Origin: Paramicrosporidium saccamoebae KSL3
Taxonomy: Eukaryota; Fungi; Cryptomycota
Assembly (NCBI GenBank): GCA_002794465.1
Contig: MTSL01000075.1
Coordinates: 22,239 to 48,370 of the forward strand
Direction: 5' to 3'
DNA length: 26,132 nt
The translations under genes and the position numbers were made by a program. Below are positions 18,768-26,132 of the stretch, piece by piece. A model generated the notes under the pieces. That model was not told where the DNA came from. It was given only the letters and a program-made list of their open reading frames with translations, and made no database searches. Within the stretch, counting starts at the first letter, position 1. Every line of letters begins with the position of its first letter.

Positions 18768-18947
18768 CTACAGATCTGCACGGACCTTGCCTGAAAGGGT
18801 CGATTTCGTTACGCGGGGCTTCTCCACGACGGGAAGTGGGGCATCTACGTCAAATCTCTCCGAACTGCGCACCAGTCTTCGCAGGGTAGATTTGTGTCGT
18901 GGAATGGACGCTGCCGCCACTACGACCAGGAATGCAAAGAAGCGCAT
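18768..18947 (-). CDS. Small secreted protein, 59 aa (below the ORF-track cut-off)
   Basis: MRFFAFLVVVAAASIPRHKSTLRRLVRSSERFDVDAPLPVVEKPRVTKSTLSGKVRADL*. Classic n/h/c signal peptide with an AAA cleavage site. It fills an otherwise empty gap on the same strand as both neighbours. Confidence 0.65.
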   Translation of the reverse strand: MRFFAFLVVVAAASIPRHKSTLRRLVRSSERFDVDAPLPVVEKPRVTKSTLSGKVRADL

Positions 18948-19059
18948 ACTTGTGAATGGGGTGATGGTTGGTTCGGGAATTATATGTCGGTTGGTTCGGG
19001 AGAAGGAACGAATGATATGCGGCCATGCACTTGTTGGGAACCAATCAACAGTCTATAAT

Positions 19060-20642
19060 TTATTGAATTGCACTAGCAAACTCTGCAAGCAATTCTGCAG
19101 CAGTATCTTCTGTAGTTGGCGAAACCGCCAAAGCTGACGCTGACAAAATAAGGGGAGATGGAACATTTGGCGGAGCCAAGGGGGTGGGTGTAGACGCCGA
19201 TGCAGATGTGGACAGTGTGGATAGTGTGGATAGTGTGGATAATGTGGGTAATGTGGATAGTGTGGTTGGTGCAAACGAAGAGTCAATAGTCTTTTCAGTC
19301 ACACCCGTCAATTGTACAGAAGCATCACTGACGGGTGTGGAAGCATTAGTCAAAGAAGCACTTGGGTCTTCTTCCAGTCCATTTCTTTTCACTTGTTCAT
19401 CACCAATAAATAATTCCGACTTGAGCGGTCCATCAGGTCCCATCTTTAACACCAGTTTGATTGGTGATTTCGGCAAAGCATCTTCTAGTCCAAATGATTT
19501 CTCCATCTCAGATGATCCCTCCCGCTCAGATAATTCCTGCCGCTCAGATGATCCCTCCCGCTCAGATGCTTCCTCCAGTTCAGACGTCTCCTCCAGTCCG
19601 ACTGAATCATTACCCACTTCTATATCCTCGTCCATCCGCGATTCGGCCAGCACCTTTTCCAACTCAATCTTTGCAACCTTTTGACTTCTCATTGCAATAC
19701 GTTCTTCCCTCGTCATGACCCGTCGCTCTTCTTTCTTGGAAATGCGAGGACCCTCTTCCAGCTCATGCACATATTTAATACGCTCATTAGCAGCAATGCG
19801 GGAAGATCGTTTTCTTGACTCGGTCAGAGCGATTCGCTGTATCTCCAACTGTTCCTTCTTCATAAGAGCCTTGACTCGTCGTTCTTCTTCAATCAAAATG
19901 GGCTCTGCAACCGAAAAGATTGTTCTTTGAAGGTGCTTCAGTAGCGCCTTGTCGCTGCCGCGACGGCTGTTACTGAGTGAATTATCCTGAAGAAATTGGG
20001 TCCAAGATGGGATATCCCAAGCCACACATTGCCAATCATTGTCCTTTTCACCTTCTTCAAACAGCCAACAGTCGCCCAAGAACCAGAAAGAGTGTCCTCG
20101 TTTGTCTTTGCCCAAAGGCTCTACCCGCCATGCAGCTCCCTTGTCACGTATCCGACTGGTAAGTGTTTCGTCGTTGAACAACTGGAAAGAGCACAGACTA
20201 AAGAGCACAGTCAGGCGCTGGGTGTTGTCGAGTATGGACAGCGGTGGCCACTTTTTGAGGCCCGTGTCCATGTCTATGAACGGCTCCAGGTGTATACAAT
20301 TTGCGCCCAGATGTCTCCGATATTCGCGGTTTATGGTCTGTGTCAAGCATTTGTCACTACACTGTCAGAACCTGGCCATTGTTTTACGAGCTAGTCTTGG
20401 AGCGGTGGAGACTCTTTATAAGCTTTTTGTAAAGCTTCTCGATGGGGGAATCACCCTCGCTACCTATAATGGGCTCATCGATGAGCCTCTCCAATGCCTA
20501 TACATTAAGGTCCTGCGGCCAAGATTACAAATGGCGTCATCGGCTCAAGCCCCAGTGCCTCCCAAAACAAGTGCAAAAACTGCAGCGTGTTGGCGAAAGC
20601 ATAGCTGTCCCGCACGCGATCCCCCTGTTGTGCACCGTCCAT
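19060..20642 (-). CDS. RSF1/CECR2-like DDT-WHIM1-WSD chromatin-remodelling accessory protein; introns 20498-20528, 20357-20387
   Basis: FANTLQFLHLFWEALGL (DDT-like), LSILDNTQRLTVLFSLCSFQL (WHIM1), RVEPLGKDKRGHSFWF...WQCVAWD (WSD), RKRSSRIA, then a low-complexity tail. The start codon is uncertain. Confidence 0.75.
19206..19268. repeat. Coding 9-bp microsatellite x7 (T-L-S repeats)
   Basis: RTGTGGATA units encode TLSTLPTLSTLSTLSTLST on the minus strand. Confidence 0.85.
19507..19596. repeat. Coding 18-bp minisatellite x5 (REGSSE/LEEASE repeats)
   Basis: CTCAGATGATCCCTCCCG-like units at 19507, 19525, 19543, 19561 and 19579. Confidence 0.85.
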
Positions 20643-20821
20643 CACCAAGCTGCACCGAAGAAGGTAGCTAGCTATACCTGAAACGGAACACTTTCTGCCC
20701 CGTACCCCAGCGAACCAATCATATTTCATCCCGTCCATTGTTAACCCAAAACACCGACAAGATGATAAATTAGCTCTGGAGCTTACAGATAAAGGGGGCC
20801 CATGGGAAGCCAATTCACGCC

Positions 20822-21448
20822 ATGACCGCGCCGGCCTGTAGCATTCCGAGCCTAAATCTTCCTATGCAGGGCGAAAAATCGCCCTACTATGTTGCTCCGG
20901 AAAAGATGACCCCATTACAGAAACATTGTGCCTTTTTCGACCGCAATGGCGACGGTCTCATCATGCCCTGGGAAACGTATGAAGGCTTTCGCATTCTCGG
21001 CTACAATCTGCTCCTCTCCCTCTTTGGCACCTTCCTTGTGCACTTCTTCTTCAGTTACTGGACCCTAGACACATGGATCCCCGATCCCTTCTTTGCTATT
21101 GTCTTGCGGAATGTGGATAGACTAAAGCACGGGAGCGATACAGAGGTTTATGAACATGATGGAACAATCAAGCCCATACAAGGAGATGCAGTGGCCACCA
21201 TGCTGGGACGCTTTGACGGAGACGGGAAGGGCGGAATGGATTTTATGGAAATGATTTGGATGACGCAGCGAAAATGGGATGTGCTAGACTTTTTTGGCTG
21301 GTGGGCTGCCAAATTTGAATGGATTTTCATGTGGATCCTCTCCCAAAAGAATGGTGTAATGAGCTGGGATGACATTAAGGGACAGTATGATGGCTCCTTG
21401 TTCAAGGATATCGAGGCAAAGAGACGCGGGGAAGGATTGGTCCGTTAA
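20822..21448 (+). CDS. Caleosin/peroxygenase
   Basis: LQKHCAFFDRNGDGLIMPWETYEGFR (heme His plus EF-hand), a hydrophobic hairpin with proline knot IPDPFF, KHGSD, and WWAAKFEW. Confidence 0.93.
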   Translation: MTAPACSIPSLNLPMQGEKSPYYVAPEKMTPLQKHCAFFDRNGDGLIMPWETYEGFRILGYNLLLSLFGTFLVHFFFSYWTLDTWIPDPFFAIVLRNVDRLKHGSDTEVYEHDGTIKPIQGDAVATMLGRFDGDGKGGMDFMEMIWMTQRKWDVLDFFGWWAAKFEWIFMWILSQKNGVMSWDDIKGQYDGSLFKDIEAKRRGEGLVR

Positions 21449-21499
21449 CATAATGATATTAGTTGCTATATAAATATTCGAGCTTGCTCTCACCAAGAT

Positions 21500-22306
21500 T
21501 TATTTCGAGGATTCGCGGTAGCATTCTATACTGCACACTGGGATTTTCAGATGAGAGTGCATATATCTTTTAACGTTTTTACAACCCTTCACTGAACAGA
21601 GCAAAGGTTTGGGGTAGTCAACTGGTTTCTGCATAATCAATGGCACACTCTGGCCTAGAATCAGTACATTCTTGTCCTTGGTAATGACCGACCTAGCCCC
21701 GTAAGGCTTAATTCCATCCAACTTTGCGTCTGTCTTTTCAACCTCTGTATCTTGAGTCCTCATCTTTTTCGACCTACTCGACTGCTTTTGCAATAACCTT
21801 TGTATAGTATCGGCCTTGCTTTGCTCTAATTTCTGGTCGCGCATCATCAACCTCCTCCTACTCTTTTCACTCTTCCTCAACTGTTCCTCTTCCGTCAATT
21901 CTCGAGGTAAGAGGTGCTCTGTGGATGGCATCGAGTCGAGACTTCCCGAGAGGAGAGTTCGCTGGCGTGCCGTTAGTTTGGCGGGGGAGGTTTCGCTGCC
22001 GGAAACTGAAGTAAGAGAGAGGGCGTCATCATTGCTTTCTGCTTCGGATAGGGAGAGGGACAGGTCGCTTCCAGGCTCGGCAGCTTCAGTGGACTCGTCA
22101 GGAGACTCGTCAGAGGATTCTGGCTCGGGTGGGGCAACCTTTTTCGTGGCACGGACGGACCTGGCTGCCGGTAACTGGCGTTTCGACGGTACTTCGCGAG
22201 CAGTCCTGGTGCTTCTCTTGGACTTGTCGGGTAGGACGGTTACAGATTCTACTGAGCTTGCACTTGCGCTGCTGCTACTCTTTAAAATAATCCTCTTGGG
22301 AGGCAT
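21500..22306 (-). CDS. IES2: INO80 complex subunit B / Ies2 (PAPA-1 domain + zf-HIT)
   Basis: LTARQR, LTEEEQLRKSEKSRRRLMMRDQKLEQSKADTIQRLLQKQ (PAPA-1), and C-terminal CSVKGC..KRY..SHLKIPVCSIECYR. Confidence 0.85.
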   Translation of the reverse strand: MPPKRIILKSSSSASASSVESVTVLPDKSKRSTRTAREVPSKRQLPAARSVRATKKVAPPEPESSDESPDESTEAAEPGSDLSLSLSEAESNDDALSLTSVSGSETSPAKLTARQRTLLSGSLDSMPSTEHLLPRELTEEEQLRKSEKSRRRLMMRDQKLEQSKADTIQRLLQKQSSRSKKMRTQDTEVEKTDAKLDGIKPYGARSVITKDKNVLILGQSVPLIMQKPVDYPKPLLCSVKGCKNVKRYMHSHLKIPVCSIECYRESSK

Positions 22307-22573
22307 TATACAATATTAAATTATTTTGTAACTGTGAGGTTAGCATGTCATGAGGTGGAATCCGTTTACCCTGTAGATCCGTAGCTATTGTGACGTAGAA
22401 GACTGATTAGTTGGGTAGTTGAGAATGGTTTCCTAGTTTAGAGAAGGGATAATCAGAACAATCGATGAAGGATAATGAGGTCTTTACCATTTGGGGGTTA
22501 TGTTATTTGTGACTATAAATGGGTCGTTGAATTGATTGAATAAATTCTCTTCTCGTCCCATCTCGTCTCTCCC

Positions 22574-22667
22574 CGCCTGACAAAATCCGTGGTATCATCC
22601 CCATTACGCGACGCTATGATACGCTCTCCCAAGAGCCTGTTCAAACTCTTTTTTAATTCTCAATTAC
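22574..22667 (-). other. Conserved non-coding element, copy B
   Basis: Shares 23/26 nt with copy A and 30/39 nt with copy C. Confidence 0.7.
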
Positions 22668-22724
22668 ACCACACATCCTAATGTGCCACTGCGAGCCGGG
22701 TCAAAAGTTTTATGAAAGAGCTAA

Positions 22725-24232
22725 TTACAATCTTCCTAATGCATACTCCATGGCAGTTTGGGTCGTGGCAAGCACATAGCCTGCCTCTCCCCTGATGAGT
22801 TCATCGGGCACCAGCTTGCTAATAAACATTATTTGACTCGCTAAATCAGGGACACTTGCCCTCACCAATACATATGCCATCAACATTAGCAAATCTTCAC
22901 TCCCCATCGCTTCGGGGTGTTCTTCGGATACCTCCCGGCGCGCATCATCAACGGCCTGGCAGATTGCATTGCAGCAGCGCGTCAGACAGAGCAGCTTGTC
23001 AAGCGGAGTAACTTGGGTGGAGATTGCTTGGAGTTCAGAAATTGCCTTGGAGTAGATGCCGGCATCATTTATGGGGAATGTGTCGAGGGATTTATCACGG
23101 GGGATTTGTAATTTACCGCGAATGTTGAGACGTCCAAACAATTCTTCCCATGAACAAAGCAGAAATTTGTCCAGGATTGTCGAGTCTTCTTGAGCACAGT
23201 GTCGTCTGATCTGCGACTGTATGGCCGGAGAGAGGGCGGTGGTGAAGAAGAATTCTTGCACTGAAAGCTTTACCGACACTTTCAGGTCGGGATCTGCAAG
23301 GTCCTCAAACGTTCCAATTAACACTTCGGAAATGTGATACTCGACGGCAATAATCTCATCGAGCACTTTTTCAAGCAGAACACCAGGATCTCTCTCCAGT
23401 CCTGCCTGTCTTAAGAGTTGTCGGCATCGAGTAATGAATTCTCTGACCAGCACAGCCATTGGATCGGATGTAGAGGTAAACAGCTCTAAAATTGGCTCCA
23501 AAACTATAAAATCCTGCTCCTGCCGTTCCAAATCGGCAACGGCAAGCTTCAAGCTCTTTCTTCTCCTCTCCCTCTCCACCGAGTTTTTAATGTCCAAGGC
23601 CTTTGACGAAATGCCTCTGAATACTTCGCTTAGTTTATCATTTACAGTCGAGTAGAATTGCTGGCGTCTGCTGAGCAGATCAGAGACGTAGGCTTCGTTT
23701 TGTGCTAGGGAACCGCCACGAGCGCGCAGTATTTTCTCAGTTTTGGCTTTTTGTTTGGCCACCATTTCTTCAGCATGAGCTCGTCGGAGAGCAGTGAGAC
23801 TTAAATTTGCGTTCTGTGGAAGGAGAGGCGACGGGGCTCGCGGTGGATCCACCTTTCCCGCTGGAGGAGTGGGCAATGACAAATGGCGTTCTTGTGGTTC
23901 CTTGCTTGGGCGTGATGCACAAGGCACCGAGGCGAACTGTAAATACTCGCTATCCTCGTCTTCCGAAGCACTCACTTCAGTGGGCCATTCTTGAACCAGC
24001 CTCTGCATTCGGTCAAAGCAGTTTTGTGCAATTTTGAAATGGCTCAGGAGCAGCTCGCGAGGAGTGGAAGGTTGTGGTGTCTGGAGGTTTGACAGCAGAG
24101 TCAACAAAGACTCGCGGTATTTTGTGTAGGCTCCCTTTGGGTGTTATTTAGACCATCCAGCCGATTTACCTTGTAGTCTCCCTGCAGGTCCAGATCAAGT
24201 GCCTCGCTCACCAACCTTCCTACTACTGCCAT
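22725..24232 (-). CDS. VPS9-domain protein with N-terminal MIT-like helices (VPS9D1-like); intron 24135-24169
   Basis: MAVVGRLVSEALDLDLQGDYK|GAYTKYRESL...KIAQNCFDR resembles the VPS9D1 N-terminus. VPS9 core PLDKLLCL..CCNAI, GSEDLL..MAYVLVRA, GEAGYVLATTQTAMEY. Confidence 0.85.
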
Positions 24233-24433
24233 TTTGCAACGACAAGGGCAAGGGTGGTGGGTTTATTTGCTTTGCGGACTTGTTGCCTTAATAGGAAATG
24301 TCCCAGACCCAATCCAGGTACTTTGTCCAACTCAAATGTTTGGTCCATCATCCTAGATATCAGTTGTGTTTGCAAGGTCTTGGGCGTCACAAACAGGATA
24401 AACCGTAGCAGCGGTAGTGATTGGTTCATCAAG

Positions 24434-25233
24434 ATGGGCGAATTCCAGCAATGGTTTGCTTCCCAGCCGTTTGTCACCAAATGGCTCACAGTCTTCTCCC
24501 TTGCCCTGCCTCTTATCATGAAATTTCAAATAATTGGTGTACACTGGCTAGTCTGGGACTGGTATTCTATTTCCCGCAAATTTCAAGTAACCCTCCCGGT
24601 GTAGCTTATTTGTAGTTATGGCGGATGCTGACGGCCATGTTCCTAACCAAGGTGAGTTTCAACTTTATTATAAGTCTCTACTTTCGCTTCCAATATTCCA
24701 TGTTCCTTGAAACTGGCGTATTTGCTGGTCGCGAGGCAGACTATCTCTACTTTCTGCTCCTCTCGGCCACTCTCATTAACGCTCTGAACTATTTCGCCGA
24801 GTTGGCAGTGCTATGGGAGGCATTATCCATGGTCATTGTTTACGTCTGGTCCCGTCACAACGCAGAGGTCGTAGTTAATTTCATGTTCGGCTTTCGATTC
24901 CCCGCAAAATTCTTGCCCTTGGTATTAGGCACGATGGAGTTTTTGCTTGCCGGAGACCTGTATGGGCCGCTTGTGGGCATAGTTACGGGACACGCATATT
25001 ATTTCCTGAGCGAGATCTATGTGGCGAAGGATCCGAGTTGGAGGAGGAGATTGGCAGCGCCCGGATGGCTAAAGGGGATGGTTCCGAAGCCCCAAATCCA
25101 GACTGGACCACAGAAAGGATTTACCGTGCAAGCCCCCTATGGCGGCCGTGGTGATCCTTCCAAACAAGCCGATGTCAAGCCCGAAGGCTATCGTCCATTT
25201 GCCGGGAAATCACAAAAATTGGGCGACTCTTAA
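24434..25233 (+). CDS. DERL1: Derlin (Derlin-1/Dfm1-type) ERAD rhomboid pseudoprotease; intron 24587-24615
   Basis: WFASQPFVTKW, KFQ|LWRMLT (WR motif), YSMFLETGVFAGREADY, FRFPAKFLP, GIVTGHAYYF (GxxxG), and C-terminal SHP-like FAGKSQKLG. Confidence 0.92.
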
Positions 25234-25563
25234 GTTATGAATTGTAAGGCTTGTAGTAAACGACTCTTTATCGGAACCTGTAGTCTGTATATATATGTGA
25301 GATGATGTGTATCTACGGAGCAGGTATGAAGAGCCTGTTGGTGAATAGAATGTAAAGGACTGAGTGGCTATCTGGATTGGGTCCACTAACCGTAGACGGA
25401 TATTGTCTATCAGGGCCTGTTGAAAACCTAAAGTGTATTTATCAAAGCATCTGATGCTTTTAAAGGCTGCTATCTTCAACATGAAAGGAATTGATTCTAG
25501 GATCGCTATATAGGTCAGGAGCACTGATTGTAAGCAGATAGTGCCTAACAGGATCTTTACCAT
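25210..25563 (-). CDS. Possible orphan protein (117 aa) with a hydrophobic N-terminus
   Basis: An ATG ORF spans the whole Derlin-PFDN4 gap, head-to-head with PFDN4 (40 bp apart) and overlapping the Derlin 3' end by 24 nt. No recognisable motif. Confidence 0.25.
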   Translation of the reverse strand: MVKILLGTICLQSVLLTYIAILESIPFMLKIAAFKSIRCFDKYTLGFQQALIDNIRLRLVDPIQIATQSFTFYSPTGSSYLLRRYTSSHIYIQTTGSDKESFTTSLTIHNLRVAQFL

Positions 25564-25603
25564 CTCATATAAATAAATTATGAGAAATATGCAAAATTCT
25601 TAA

Positions 25604-26040
25604 ATGGCCAAGGAGCAACTGAATGTGAGTTGGGAGGACCAGAAGCGTATCAATGAGTTTGCCGTCCTAGTCCAGCGTCTCGACCGTGTTCGTGTTGAAT
25701 TTGCAAAGACAACAGTATCCTCGGCTATGTGGCTCATCAGGTAGAGGGAGAGTGAGACTGCAAAAGACGCGCTGCGTGAACTAGAGATGGTCCTCGACGA
25801 AGACGAACCTGTCAAGTATTTTACTAACGGGAGATTAACTTTAGAATTCGGTGCGGCTCGGGGTTTGCAAGCGCAGCTTATGATGACGTAGTAAATTCTC
25901 TTAACCAGGAACAAGAATCGCGACAACGGAGATTAGCCGACTTGAGGGCTGAAATATCACAAAATGAAGAGCGCTCCGCCATCTTGAAAAATGTATTACA
26001 GTCGAAATTTGGTGACGCGATACAGCTTGACCTTGAATAA
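25604..26040 (+). CDS. PFDN4: Prefoldin subunit 4 (Gim3); exons 25604-25714, 25745-25815, 25845-26040
   Basis: Absent from the ORF track. Spliced product MAKEQLNVSWEDQKRINEF...|RESETAKDALRELEMVLDEDEPVK|IRCGSGF...LKNVLQSKFGDAIQLDLE*. Introns 25715-25744 and 25816-25844, the latter with a perfect TACTAAC branch site. Confidence 0.92.
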
Positions 26041-26074
26041 ATTGTCTGTATTTTTGCCAGTCTTTCCGGTCGAC

Positions 26075-26132
26075 GCAACTGTGGTGTATTCGGTTATCAC
26101 GCGTCCTTCACACGGACGAGGCACCCGGTTCG
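26075..26132 (+). tRNA. tRNA-Val (anticodon CAC), 3' end truncated by the window
   Basis: GCAACTG-TG-GTGT-ATTCGGTTA-TCAC-G-CGTCC-TTCACAC-GGACG-AGGCA-CCCGG-TTCG aligns position by position with eukaryotic tRNA-Val. Confidence 0.88.

Noticed and set aside
19184-19684. 166-aa plus-strand ORF with DSV repeats, and the 19053-19286 'PHY' repeat ORF
   Set aside because: Alternative-frame readings of the coding repeats of the RSF1-like gene.
21816-22319. 167-aa plus-strand ORF; likewise 1663-2229, 3781-4359, 12450-12866, 13278-13733, 14590-15105 and 20039-20671
   Set aside because: Antisense or alternative-frame shadows of well-supported genes, with no independent motifs.

Overview
This is a very gene-dense eukaryotic nuclear window of a fungal-type opisthokont, with about 21 protein-coding genes, 2 tRNA genes and 19 reconstructed GT-AG introns of only 28-36 nt. 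Compactness, tiny introns and a nuclear complex I subunit suggest an early-diverging Rozellomycota-like fungus such as Paramicrosporidium (inference only). Genes in order: partial orphan, MED20-like, SUV3, two atypical homeobox paralogues, a 4-TM protein, YJU2B/CCDC130, cytohesin-type Arf-GEF, a mitochondrial-targeted Myb-like protein, myotubularin, tRNA-Gln, NDUFS2, ARP8, a miniature trithorax/MLL-like PHD-SET methyltransferase, BFR2/AATF, METTL2-type m3C methyltransferase, a 59-aa secreted micro-protein, an RSF1/DDT-WHIM protein, caleosin, IES2, VPS9D1-like, Derlin, PFDN4 and tRNA-Val (truncated by the window end). The most interesting signals are: (1) a bipartite conserved non-coding element (ATTGA ~40 bp before GTCGCGTA..GGGAT.ATA) in three of the largest intergenic gaps; (2) a tandem pair of homeodomain-coiled-coil paralogues with Glu replacing the invariant Asn51 and a 2-residue loop extension; (3) a ~600-aa Trx/MLL1-type enzyme; (4) two sub-60-aa ORFs missed by the ORF track. 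All family calls are motif recognition from memory, not database searches.
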